This document shows, piece after piece, positions 37,482-50,775 of a stretch of 64,000 bases of DNA (its first letter is position 1; every line of letters begins with the position of its first letter). Below the pieces are notes generated by a model. That model saw only the letters and a list, made by a program, of their open reading frames with translations, was not told the origin of the DNA and made no database searches. The position numbers were made by a program, and so were the translations under genes. This DNA is from Octopus sinensis (Eukaryota), in assembly GCF_006345805.1 (NCBI RefSeq), contig NC_042997.1, forward strand, positions 59,706,001 through 59,770,000, read 5' to 3'.

Positions 37482-39291
37482 GACCCTGGCGGGTTCATCT
37501 ATCATTTTTCATATTTCATTACCCATATTTATGTAATTGTGATGTTTTATGTCCCCAATGTTTGTATTGTCCCCTCTGTGTAGCCCGTTATGGGTAATAA
37601 AGAAAGAAGAAACGTCACCACTTCGTTTGACGTCGGTTGTGTTTTTTTCGGCTCGTGAAAATTTGTAAAAAAGAACAAAAAGTAAGTGGGAAAATTGTTG
37701 TTGTTGTGGAATTTTGTACTTTTGTTGATGCGGTTTCGCGTTACACTGTTTCTACGCGTTACACTGTTTCTGTTCGGGCGGCCGTTTTGGTCGGTCAGAC
37801 AGAGGGATATGGACGACCACTCCCTAGTGGAGGAGTCGGAGGAGGAATGGATATTTGAGACCTTGTCGGAGGCATCGACCTCTGAAGACGAACAAATCGG
37901 TGCTGTAAATAATGTGGAGATAAAAAACAGGAAAACGTACGCAGGAGTTGCAAAAAGAAGACGACACAGGAAAAGGAAATAAACCTAGAAAAATTGCCAG
38001 GTTTCCAGAGGTATATGAGGAAGGACAGCGGTGAGGTGGAACTAGCACCACCATCATATACAGGGTATTCGCAAGCGGAAAGAATAAGATAGAAGTGGTG
38101 AATATGGAGTGGATAGCGGAGGCGCTAAGAAGAACGGAAGAGGAGATTAATTTTCTGACGAGAGGTTCAAAATATGGTACTGTAGTAGTACAGTTCAAAA
38201 GTGAGAATGCAGCAAGGAAGATGGCGGCGAAGGCGGTGAAATCCGAGAAGGTAATACTTTTGCCTACATATTTAAATAGAAAAATTACAAGAGTATGGGT
38301 CGAGGGAATACCCCCAAACGTTGAAGCCGAGTGGATTGTGGCGGTTATAATCAGCGGCCACGAGGATGAAGTGGACATCCTCCATGCCTCGGTTAAGACC
38401 GAGGGCTGGAGAGGCGTGACAGTGGAACTAAATGTGCAGGCAGAGAACGGTGTACTGGTGGACCTAGCAGAAAACATCAGATTGGGAGATGTGATCATGA
38501 GAGTGTGGGTGGAGGGCAGGGCGCCCAGGTGCTATAAGTGTGGCCTGAGGGGTCACATAAGAGCCTACTGCCCTCCCATACAAAAAGAAACAGTGATCCA
38601 GGAAGAGGAGGAGACGGAGCCGGAAAAAGTTGAAGCGGAAGAATCTGAGGAGGAGAAGGAAATCCAAACTGAGTGGGAAGACGTACGGAAAAAAAGAAAA
38701 AGAAGAAGGAAAGTGAACTTTATTGAATCCCAATCCACCCCAACACCACCCGCACCCTCTGAGCCCCATCCTTCCCCTGCAAACAAAGAGCCCACCTACA
38801 AGAAAACCTAGAAACGCAGACACACAGATGATACAAGAGCCCAAGTCCCATACTTTATGTTTTATAAAAAAGGAAGACAATGTGAACTCGACAAGAATCT
38901 TTGGTAAAGAAGCATGGTATGAGGGAGAAGATGGAAGTTACATGGCGATGAAAGGTGAAGTAATGGACGCAAGGAAGATGTTGTGTGTAAATAAGGGTGT
39001 AGAAGCAATTGAGGTGGAATTTTCGGATGAGAAGATAAAAGAGTGTGAAAGGATATTTGAGATAGTATTAAGAAAAGAGGGGCTTTTGATTGGAGATGAT
39101 AGGTGACGAAGGGTTGTGAAGGACAAGTAAGTGATGCTGGCGGATGGGGCCGTTAGCATCGCTTTCATATTATCATTTTTTCATTTAATAATTCATTCTT
39201 CATAAATTTAATTATAATGTTCTATGTCCCCAATGTCTTGTGGTGTCCCCTCTGTGTCGCTCCCTAGTGGGTAATAAAGAAAGAAGAAAAG
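37482..39291 (+). mobile_element. ORF1-only (Gag/CCHC, Tx1/L1-like) retroelement with terminal redundancy
   Basis: Frameshifted ORF1 37809-39106 with CYKCGLRGHIRAYC knuckle (38530-71); no endonuclease or RT; tail GTAATAAAGAAAGAAGAA; homologous 3'-type segment also at 37482-37612; CTACAGACGCCG at 37470-81 and 39292-303. Confidence 0.75.
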
Positions 39292-39469
39292 CTACAGACG
39301 CCGAACCTACTTGCCCCCCCCCCACCTCTGACACAAACAAATACATACGGACACAAGCATTTCAACTTCCCCACCTCCCGGGGGAAAAAAAAGAAAAAAT
39401 ACCGCATATATATATATATATAAAATACCACCTCCCGGGGGGGAAAAAAGAAAAAGAATAACTATGCTA

Positions 39470-39840
39470 TAATGTATGACAATACAAACAAGAAACTATA
39501 AGAGGAGATCAGGAAGTGGAAAGGTCAGTAGATACGAATAAATTTGATAATGTACATGGGTTACATTGCTGCTTGTTATTAAATGAGGAGCGAAAAGAAG
39601 AAATCAAAAAGTTTAAAAGTGGACTTGAATATGGCAACTTGATCTGGATATCGAAAAATTACCATGGCATTTGGATTGCGTAAATCCATTGAAGGAGTAC
39701 AAGTTCGATGTCTTGGCAAAAACCAAATATAAAAAGTGAAAAAAGGTATAAATGAAGTGACTCAGAAAAATTTTTTTCCCTGTCTCTGTTATATGTCCCC
39801 TCTCCGTTAGCGCCTTGTGGACAATAAAGAAATAAGGGAA
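39470..39840 (+). mobile_element. 3' fragment of a related retroelement
   Basis: Ends ATGTCCCCTCTCCG...GGACAATAAAGAAA, resembling the tails at 37612 and 39291; short upstream coding remnant DLDIEKLPWHLDCVNPLKEY. Confidence 0.4.
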
Positions 39841-40249
39841 TTAAAAGTCAAGGGGTTGTTTCCACTGCAAAAATTTGGTGAGTTGTATTATCTGTTGGCG
39901 TTATACTGTTGTTTAAGGCAAGACTTCCTTTTGTACCTTCCCCAAAACACTCCTTTTTTTATTTAATTTTTTTTTCTACATAGTTTTCGGCTATGGAGAA
40001 TACGAATCTGCAAAAATTGGCATTTTGAAACTCCCCCCACCAATTCTTCATTTTTAAAATTAAAGTTTTAACATTTTTGGGAACAACATACTCTCTCTTT
40101 TCTTTAAATATTGAAAGAGAGAGAAAATAAATGATAATGTATCAGTCAATGAATATGCTTTATAGGCGTGTATTATGAAAACGTGTTTCTGTTAACTGCA
40201 AATATATGTGTTATGTGTGTTTTAAACAATTTTTGTGTATAATCTTCCG

Positions 40250-41100
40250 TGTTATCAGGAACCTGGATATAATGTTGCAGCCTCCACAAACTTAGGAAGC
40301 TACTGCGTTGGTGGTCAGACAGCCTGTAAGAAAAGGATCCGAGCGACGTACTGCTTTAGGTACTTAGGCCTCATTCCAGGTCGAATAATGCTCTTCTTGA
40401 GTGTTCCCCATAAACGCTCAATATTTTGAGTGCGAACAGATAGGTTAACAGGATCAGCAAAATGCTGACTATGGTTCACTTGATGGTGCATACAGCTCAG
40501 GTTGTTGAGGTTACTATAGGCACGCTAACACTTGCTATAAACTGACCTTTGCCTGATGTAACGGGTAATGAGTGCAGTCAGTCCCGGCATCTCATCTGTT
40601 GGCCTCACCACATTCATTTAACAGTGGAACCATGAATTCCTTCTTACTTAATCGTTCCAGTCCGCCAAAAAGCCAAACCATTTTCACAATCCTGCAATGT
40701 TGATATTTCCGACAGACCAAAACCGTCTCATCAATTTCTACTTCAACTCCCGGTCCTCCGATAACAGTCTGGTTGTTTTCTACTCAAAACAGAAAGACCA
40801 CCAATCTACGGAAGTTTCACGGCAGAATCCAAGGTTTTCCTCTATTGATTTGTGCGACCAAGCTGCGCTTAGGAAGTGGTTCAGAAAAACCAACTTTCCA
40901 AGGTGGAAGATGGACGCCTTCCAGAAAGGTGTCCTTGAATGTATATATGGAGTATCCACATTCCCTTTTCGACCGTCCACGTCGTCGCATCACCTTTCGG
41001 CAGCGACATATGTTTGTCCCTTGGTGCAAAATACACAGTTCGGACATCATTCCTGTGGAAACAGAGTATACCTTGATATAGACTAACATCGCAAGAGTTG
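40250..41100 (-). mobile_element. Merlin (IS1595/ISXO2-like DDE) transposase pseudogene
   Basis: TSVDWWSFC, IGGPGVEVEIDET, WLFGGLER, HQVNHSQHFADP and TQNIERLW in order; stops and frameshifts; TIRs not resolved. Confidence 0.85.
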
Positions 41101-41670
41101 CAAAGAGCCATGCTGTTGTATCAAGTCTTCAAATTCAAGGGTGGAAATGAAATGTGAATAAATGTTAATATAAATTGTGATTTTTTTTTTTTTACTTGTA
41201 GAGTGGTATTTGTAGGGCAATATTTTGTTTTGTACTCGAAGGCGACGACACTCGGTAAATTTCGTAAATTCACTGCACCAGCATTTAATATCCACTTTCC
41301 TATCATTTATGTGGAGAATTGCAAATATGGCATATAAAGATAACTTATTTTCATAGAATTTCTGGATCTTTTCGGTTTGAATGGCAGTTTTTTCTAGCGG
41401 TGTCATATGAAATTGTCACCCATAATTATGACCTTAGAATCGATCTATTGCATTTCAATCTCTTTTAGGGTTAGGGGTGGGGGAAGGGTATCTTATCGGT
41501 GAAAAGGTTCGAAATCAGCGATTTGGAGAAATGTTTGGTTTCTTAGGAATGCATTCAAAGTATTACTCGTTGGAGTAATGCCATCCCAGTATTTCATATT
41601 GAAGTCTAATTTCATCCTTGTAAGATAACCGTAATTACTCAGACACAGAAGTCAAATCTTGAAATTTTAA

Positions 41671-42069
41671 TCTTTATATATATATAAAGCTGAAGTTGTG
41701 TGTGTGTGGCAGGTTTGGTTGCCTTCAACTAACACTATCTCCTCCGAGACCCTGTGGCACAAGTTGACCAAAATTGAGAGTATGATAGAAGAAGGCTTGC
41801 TCTTCATTCTGTAGAAGAAAAAAGTTCAAATCGGACCATGTTAAGACCTAAAATTATTTACATCAAAAAGGTGTTTTTTTACTATGAAAATCCCTATTTT
41901 TTATGATTTATTGACTGCCGTGTCGCCATTTTTCGGTGTATTTCAACAAGAAAAATGTTCACTTAAAGAGAATAACAAGCTACATAATGCAACTTTTACT
42001 TTTCAAAAATTCCAATTCTAAAGGGTCGAAAAGAAAATAAACCCGAGCAACGCTGGGCTATACTGCTAG
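41671..42069 (+). mobile_element. Non-autonomous Helitron
   Basis: A|TC start, 3' hairpin CCCGAGCAACGCTGGG, CTAG|T end, no TSD. Confidence 0.8.
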
Positions 42070-43432
42070 TATAAGATAAAGAAGGGCTATTCTCGCAATT
42101 TCCACTATTATTTCTAGACAAATGAAATTGATGTTATGAGTAAATATCTTCTATCTAGGATAAACATTGACATGGAGGGCCTCAATTTTGGAAAGTAAGA
42201 ATTTTGAATGTTTCGTGAGGTATACTTACACAAGTGTGCCTTCCGAGTTTGTTTCTTCATAGGTTTCTGCAAATTAGATATGTTAGTGGTGTTAAAGGGA
42301 AGAAATGGAGTTGCTAGGATTTGTTGGGGGCACAGTTATGTAGGAAACTCTAAAATATTCTGCCATGTACACTTTAATTTCATGAGTAGATATTTAGTTA
42401 GGAACAAATTATTCATCATTGAGATGGACAGATTCCACCAGTACTTGAGCTTTGTATTGGATGAACAACAGGTTAGGTTTGAAACATTGTTTTGATAGGC
42501 CTATCTTTTAAGGGAAGGTAAATGAGATAGTAAGGCATTAGCAGCAAGAACATTTAACTGTTAAATCCACCAGTCTTAGAGGACCTGGAAGAGCCATTCA
42601 TGCAACCTTTTCCAGAACAAGCCAATAAAATAAATAAATAGACTAGCTTGAGCTGGCAAGTTAAAATTGTGCTTTTGTTTTCTCTTTGCTAAGTCAAACT
42701 AAATGATTTTATTTTACAATTTAATTAATGTATGGAGTTTGTATTCCACTTGTACTAACTTTGCCCTTAATCTTTGTAGTAATTGCTGTATAGGCCCAGG
42801 TCAGCCTTGACTGAGCAGACCTATGATTAAAGGCATTTCAGCTATGAGCATCTTATACTTTATGGGGCTCTTAAAGAACACACATACAGATAAAATATAC
42901 AAAGAATATGCTTTCCCACTCAACAACTCTCTCTCCTTTCTTGTACTTGCTCTTTTTCCTACCTTTTCACCACCACTTTCACCATTGTACACTCATCCAC
43001 CAATCAGTCAGTTGTCACATACACAAGTACAGCTGGTAAACCGTAATACAGCTGTGCAGTATGGACTTACACACTATAGTTGATGCAAATTTATATAGTT
43101 TTCATAACAACTTCTGCTTGAATATGTAGTTAATTTTTAATGTAAGAATACTAAATCCAGATATTTTCTGACCTTGGAAAATTTAACACCAAATTAATAT
43201 TATAACCTGGTTAAGACATTAAACTACATCTGGTAGTGAGGCTCCAGTTCTGGAGTTATGGGGAATATGGAGTCACCCCATTATCATTACTTCCAGGTCT
43301 GTCTGACTCAGAACAGTAGTACCTATCAGAGTCCCATCTATGGGTTAAATACACTTTTGTAAGGGTAGATTGAGCTTGTAAGCTGTGCTGAAAGCAATCA
43401 ATCTAGAAGGAAAACTCCAAGATCAATACCTG

Positions 43433-43662
43433 TTTCTTTACTACCCACAAGGGGCTAAACATAGAGGGGACAAATAAGGACAGACAAATGGATTAAGTCG
43501 ATTATATCCATCCCAGTGCGTGACTGGTACTTATTTAATCGACCCCGAAAGGATGAAATGTAAAGTTGACCTCGGCGGAATTTGAACTCGGAACGTAGCG
43601 GCAAATGAAATACTGCAAAGCATTTCGCCTGGCGTGCTAACGTTTCTGCCAGCTCGCTGCCT
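43433..43662 (-). mobile_element. Best-preserved S1 SINE copy
   Basis: Head GGCAGCGAGCTGGCAGAAACGTTAGC, B-box GAGTTCAAATTCC; same 3' variant as 29000-29220. Confidence 0.85.
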
Positions 43663-43693
43663 TAAATCAATCCCTTCTTCCAACATGCCCTAA

Positions 43694-44630
43694 GCCAGCA
43701 CAGAAAAGTATAGCAGATGAAACTAATGTGATGTACAATAACATAGGTTCATACTATAGCAACAACTGTCTCCTGTTAGTGTGCATTCTGCCACAGGCAG
43801 AAAAAGCAGGAAATGAAATGTTACTTGATGATTTTCAATTGCTACTGTTAGTAGAATTATAGCGCAAATCAAAAGCCAAAGAAAAGCATCAACAGATTCT
43901 CGTCCTGGCTGACATGGGCCCTCTGAAAGGAAGCTTTGCTGTTTGAAGAGAATTGTGGAAAACAAACCCCGTTTGAAGGCTTCTGACATTGCAAAGCAGC
44001 TTGAAATTAGTCCAAGAATGTGTTACATATCTGCAAAAGCTTGGGTATTATAGATGAGCAGCTAGAAGAAAACCTCCCCTTCAACCAATTAATATCATGA
44101 AAAGAAAGAAATGGGCTAAGGAGTTGTCAGAAAAATTCCGTTCATTTTGGGATAGAGTGATTTTCTCTGATAAATCCAGAGTTGCATTATTTTCAGACAG
44201 TGGACGTGTTTGGGTCTTGAGGCTTACCAATCAAGAATTTGACTTGATCAAATGTGTTGGAACTCTGAAAAATACATCGAAATACTTAAGCAAGGGCTAC
44301 TTCCAATGTATTCACATGATAACATAACAAAAAATTAGGTTTTATTCATGGAAGATGGGGCTCCATGCCACACAGCGAAAAGGAATCAACAATGGCTGAC
44401 TGAAAATGGGATAAAAAAAGCTTCCTTCGCTGAGCCAATCTCCTGACATGAACCCAATTGAAAATCTTTGGAGCATATTAGATAAAGCTATATGAAAAAC
44501 TCTACAGAAACCTAAATCTAAAGATGAATTGTTTCGATTGTTGCACAATAGACAATCACAAAGCTCATCAGTTCAATGCCAAAAAGAGTTTCTGAATTAA
44601 AAACTGCAAAGAGAATGTCAACGAAGTACT
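43694..44630 (+). mobile_element. Tc1-like (DD34E) transposase pseudogene, internally deleted
   Basis: HTH remnant, WDRVIFSDKS, FMEDGAPCH and SPDMNPIENLW. D-to-E spacing is 34 after removing one A from a homopolymer. Confidence 0.82.
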
Positions 44631-45559
44631 AAAGTATGTAGTCCTACCTATTGATTACATTTCAATTGTTCGCTTTGCGTATTAAATAAAAAATTTTAAA
44701 GATTGAAGGTGTCTATTTCCTGCATGTGTGTGTGTGAGATGGACTTCTTTCAGTTTCTGTCTACCATATCCACTCACAAGGCTTTGGTTGGCTTGAAGCT
44801 ATAGTAGAAGACTCTTGCCCAAGGTGCCACACATGACTGAACCCAGAACCATGTGACCCAGGCATGTCTGCACCTATGGTTGCAAATCAATAAATCAAAA
44901 CCCAAGAAATGTAAATTCATCTTCAAATGCAACATCATTAGAAGATGAACAAAGTAAAACTAAGACAATATGAAGACCCTTTTATTGCTTACAATTCTAA
45001 TTGGACAGATGATATGATGGAATCTTTAGATGATCTACTGAATGTAGAAAGGTTTTAAATCTAATTAAATTAAAGCAGTATTTAGGGAATTTTAAAAATT
45101 CCAAGTGAAAAAATATTTTAAAGGTAAGTACATCTATCCTCATTTGTCATGGGTGTTTGGTTCCAAAAGAAAAAATACTGTTTCATGAATCTGTGATTAA
45201 TAAATAATAGAACATGGCAAAAATAGGTTTCATTCTGAGACCCCAAGTTGTCTTTAGCATTGTGGATGGTCACCAGAACATGCTTTTGCAGTTCAAGAAT
45301 TTTTGACTACTTGCATGCCTATGTTGTCATAGATCAATTCTTGAGAAGCATAACCTGCTACACAATTGAGTGTTTATTATCCTGGATTAGTGAGGATATA
45401 CCATCATTATCATCATCCTTTAACATCTGTTTTCCATGCTGACTTGGGTTGGATGGTTTGACTAGAGCTGTCACAAGGTTCCAGTTTGATTTGGTTTGGT
45501 TTCTGCTGCTGGATGTCCCTCCTAATGCCAACCACTTTACAGTGGTGTATATATGATAC

Positions 45560-46420
45560 TGAAAGAAAAGCTCCATTTTGATCATTATATATAAAAAGAA
45601 AATGCTTTACTAGCTTCATATTTCATTAGTTATTGACAAGCAAAATCTGGAAAAGCATTTGCAATTTCAGAAACCTAAAAACAAACAAAAAACCTGTGCT
45701 GAAAGAGTTGATGAAATGCATAGTGAATATCTTCAAATATATTGGTAACAAATGACTTTCTAATGACAAATTTCAAGGCATATTTATGAAGTGTCACATT
45801 TTTGCGAAACTGAGCTAAGACAGGTTAAAACCAGTTCAATATTCTTCAAATGGATGAATCAAAGGACATTGCTAGTTTAGCAATTTACCTTATGCTTGTA
45901 TGTTATAGTTATTAAAGTAATATTGAAGAAGATTTGGTAACCTGGTAGCTTTTGCAGAGTCATGCTACAGGGGGTAAAAAATGAAATTTTGTGGAGAATG
46001 TGTTCATGTGTTTGCACTGATGTAGAGGGATTTATGATGAGGAAAATTTCTGGTTCTGTTGCAAAAATAGAAAAGAATCTGAATATTAAAAGTGTCTGCT
46101 GTTGTCTTCATTGCAAAGTTTTGGCAGTGAGGCTGTAAAATTGATTCAGTTTTATTAAATCAAGATCACTAGTTGCAACAACCTTCACTTTATTCTATGA
46201 AAATGTTGGAAGACTAAGCAGCTTTATTACAAGATGCTAAAGATATTGCTTACCATGCAAAAAAAAAAAAAAAATTGGCATGGGTTTCCAAACCACAAGA
46301 AGTAATTAGGTTATTTCCAATTGAATATCCTTTTGAAGTTTTAGCCAAAACTACAATTTTTTTTTTTTTTTGTTTTGACTACTATGCAAAATTTCTGAAA
46401 GCTATTTTTAACTGCTATTT
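45560..46420 (+). mobile_element. hAT (Buster/Charlie-like) transposase remnant
   Basis: LQMDESKDIASLA, IEED, VCTD and CCLHCKVLA motifs in order; many lesions. Confidence 0.65.
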
Positions 46421-47039
46421 CTTTTTATTATATTTCATAGAATAAAAGTTTTTTCTGCAGTCCATAATACAAAGATATAAATGGTTTTATCACAATCTTA
46501 ATCAACCAGTCAATATCTATGATCAGTGAAGGATCCTCTATGTGGTCACTTGAAATGTTAGAAATATAAACCAGATCTCTCGAATCATGCCCTGTCTCAA
46601 CTCTTAAAGTACTACATGTAACTATAACAGTCACTGAGTTCTGGACCATACACAAGTGATTCAAATTGCAGATAAGGGCCAAAACTGTAACTAAGCACTC
46701 TTCTGTTTGAGAAACAAAGTTTAGCTTCATTTTAGAAAGATCATTCTGTTGAAATACTTATTGTTTGTATGTGCATTTTCTTTGCATTTCTTGGGAATTT
46801 TTTTCTTTTTAACATCATAGTAGTTAATATCTCAAGCAGTGAGGTATTAAGATGCAAGTCCGACTTGACAATTTTTTCCAATAAAGGCTCATAATGTCAT
46901 TTATTAAGATTTTAGAGTCAGAATAATCTTCTGCTGTTGCAACATCAACATAGCAATGTCACCAGACACTTTCACATTGTGACTTTCAGAACGGTTTTTA
47001 AACTGGTGGAACTTACACTCTGTCGGTATTTACTAAGTA

Positions 47040-47190
47040 TAGGTGCAGGCATAGCTGTGTGGTAAGAAGCTTGCTTCTCAACCATATGGTTTTGTGTTCA
47101 GTCCTACTGCATGGCACTTCTGGTGTCTTCTATAAACCTGGGCCGACCAAAACTTTGTGAGTGGATTTGATAGACAGAAACTGAAAGGCG
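47040..47190 (+). mobile_element. S2 SINE (MIR/CORE-like), representative copy
   Basis: GTGTGGTAAGAAGCTTGCTTCTCAACC...GTGAGTGGATTTG.TAGAC.GAAACTGAAAG. Other copies at 11866-12015 and 27185-27310, and on the minus strand at 27970-28105, 28615-28770, 44735-44880, 55990-56080 and 57610-57730. Confidence 0.72.
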
Positions 47191-49947
47191 TGTGTATATA
47201 TGTTTGTCTTTGTGTTTGACCCCCCACCCCACAGACACACACACACTCACTTGACAACTGGTATTGGTTTGTTTACATCTCCATAATTTAGTGGTTCAGC
47301 AGAAAAGAGTCTAAAAAAAAAAAAACCTTCAAGGTATGGCTCCAGTCCAAAGACTGAAACAAGTAAAAAGGATAAAATATGCAATTTGCTTAAGTGTTTA
47401 AGTGCTGCAACAAAGTTTATTTATTTCATCAAACAACTTTGTTCAAAACTAGTTTAAAAGCCACACTCTGTAAAAACATTTAAGCTAACCCCTGCAGAGG
47501 GCAAATTTGGCCTGCAGCCCAAAAACTAATGAGAGCAAAATAGGATGACTATAATATGTATATAGTGACTATATGCCCTGGTGGTGCTTAATCAGAGGTT
47601 AAGGAAGGATGAGAATTAATTCTGTAATGCAATTATTCTATTGTTTTAGTCCCAATTTGAATTCTAACTGCTGGCCAATTTGTCCCAAAGTTTTTATCTC
47701 AATGTAAAATTAATGATGTGAATGTCATTTATCTCCCTCTTGATCTCTGACGTCATCTGACAGACACCGCTAAAATGGCATGAATCAGCCAAACTTTACC
47801 TGCTAGAAATAGCAACCCAAATACTTTTAAATCAGATCTCAATGCTGGGATCATCCTGATTCCAAAATGGTATGTCTATGTAGAGCAAATGTAGGCTCAG
47901 GTACAGGGGTCCCAGATGGACAGAGAGAATTTTGCTTTTATTATTATAGATTTTTGTGTCACAGGAAAATTGTTTTAGTTCGTAAACAACTCACAACCCT
48001 GACAATGACTTAATTTATATCCATTGTCTCTCTACATGAAGAAGTTATTGCGGAGGATGAAACACTTGTTATTGCTGTGTAAGAGTTCATTGTTTTATCA
48101 ACATTATTCATAATGTTGGCAAAGTAGATACTAAACTCAACACTTTACAGACATCCAACTATGCTCCACGTCACAATGAATCATATTTTCTCAAGTGTTA
48201 GAGTTTAATACTCTTTGCTGGCTCTGACTGGCACAAACTCCACACTACAAACAGAAATCATGGGTATACACAAGTTTTTATGATTAATGAGAAATAATAC
48301 TATGTAACATGTTAGCAAATGTGGGAAAAACTTATAAAAACCAACATGAATGACAATAACTAGACATATGATTATTATTCCACTTCATTGAACCATAAAA
48401 AATAAAAAGAAGCACATATTGTATGTGTGGACTCACTGGTCTTGCTGCAATGTATTACTTAGTTGCAATTTTCTTGCTGTCTTCTATCTGTTACTTATTT
48501 CAGTCATTAGACTGGCCATGCTGGGGCAGTGCCTAGAAGAATTTTAGTTGAATGAATCAACCCCAGTACTTATTTTTTTTTTAAAGCCTGGTACTTATTC
48601 CAGTGGTGGATCTACAATATTGGGGTCCTGAAGCTTAAAATGCTATGGGGGCCCCCTATACAACTAGCAAAAGTAGGATAACATCCAACAATGGTCAAAG
48701 AATTTTCTTGCCCTTGCAAGGAACTCCAGCCTTGAGGCCCTGATAGCCCAAGTGGTGATGTGAAGTCGTTAAAGGTGAGTCTGACAGTGAGCCTTCTTTC
48801 CACCAGAAACAAGATGTGAGTAATCACTGATATCTTTGTTGAAGTGGTTATTCCATAGCAGATTGCCGCAAGTTTCTTTACAAATTTAAGCACTACATTT
48901 CAGATTATGATACTCAGTCACTGGTGTGAACAAATATTTTCCAGACTATGCCTTATATTTTTAGAGTCATGGGGGTTGAAAATAAGGGAAGTATTATATA
49001 CATGCATGATGCATCATAGAATAAAGACATAAAACATAACAAATACCACACTTGATATAATCTAATATAAATCTTATATTTAAGATACATATCAGCATGA
49101 AAAAAAAATTATGTACCTTTAAGTGAAAAATGAAATGAGAATTCAGCTTGAAGAGAAACAAACATGTCCACCTGACAATATTAGTCAGAGGAGCAACATT
49201 TTATTTACAAGTTATTACAGTTAAATTAGACATACAGATAAATTTAGAGTTGATCCAATCATTCAAACCTTGCAGCTTTTCCATTAACTCTGAACACAAC
49301 TTGAATACAGTTCATGACTTCCAAGTGCAATTCTATCACAGCACTTATGATATCCCAAGTTATGTTTTTCCATATTTAATCAACAGCATAAAATTTTTCT
49401 TTTCATAAAATTTTGATTTTTAGGTGAAGATTAGCTAATCAAATCATGGAGTTGGAATGTAGTAGCAATAAACAGTTTCACAATAGGCAAATTATAGTTT
49501 AAATGGAAAAAAAAAAACACACTGACAGTTTGCAAACTATTAATAGAATTGCTTAGCTACTAAAACTGCTAAATTTATTTGACGGGAGAGAGAGAAAAAA
49601 AAAAAGGAACTGAATAGTGATATTAAGATGGCTTAGATAAATGTTGTTCATGCTCGAGTCAAAATTGACACATTAAACAATACTGCTTGATCTTATGATA
49701 TTAAAAATTTACATAAGCTTCATTCAAGTAGATCGTGATAAATGCAAATACTGCAGTAAAATAAATGTGGAAAATTTTGTTCTTTATTTTCTTAAATATT
49801 AAGTAAAGTTTATTTCAAACTAAGTCAAAATATCATGCATAGTTAATCTCAAGCTAATTTTCAGGGAACAGAAATGATTTTAATATGGTCTTACATATTC
49901 TTAATCTAACTGCAATTGAATAGCTGAACCAATTTTAACTCTTACAT

Positions 49948-49978
<31 letters not shown>

Positions 49979-50388
49979 CTGGTAATCACAAAAGTATACA
50001 CATAATACAAATGATATGCTAAGTTAGAGAACAAACAAAGCATCTTCCAAGTAATCAACAAATGAATTGATATTGTGAATAATCAAATGAAAAGTAATGT
50101 CAAGTACAATAAATATCTTAAAGAAATATAAGGTCAACAAGAAATGTTTGAAAAGCCTTCAATTGACTTGGCTCATACAATTGTAGAAATGAAAATTATA
50201 TTGGAGACAGAAAATTAATGTAAAGGAACGATAATAGTAAAGTAACATTCATAAAAGAAATAATATTCAAAATGAGATTTTGTATTAAAATTCTCCTTTT
50301 CCTTTCTAATGAGAAATACTGAAAGGTAGTTGCTTTTGAGTCAACAATCATCATTTTACAACTGAAACTTTATCTTTTCTCAATAAAA

Positions 50389-50451
<63 letters not shown>

Positions 50452-50775
50452 ATATAATGAGCAGCTGTAAAAATTCAAAGGACTCAGTCTTCAGTGTATG
50501 TTTCTTAGTCTGGAGATAACTATTCCAGAAAATAATAAACATTAAGAAATCTTAGAAAACTCAATAGAACAGATCTTCAAATAAATGTAAAATAATGAGA
50601 AAAGTTAATTTCAAGAAAATATCCAACAAATTAATAAATTCTTTTTCTTTTCTTTTACTTTCATTTTTTTACTTCATCCACACATTTGCCAAACATTGTG
50701 TTCTTTGAAACAAATTTCTGTCTCAAAAACAATTTTTATACTTATAAAACTTTCCTTTAATTTGTTTCAGTATCA

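Noticed and set aside
37824-38880. Minus-strand ORFs of 224 and 138 aa
   Set aside because: Antisense shadows of the purine-rich ORF1.
46428-46730. 100-aa minus-strand ORF with an acceptor-like site as a host exon
   Set aside because: No suitable donor or phase fit, and its hydrophobic composition is unlike the neighbouring exons.
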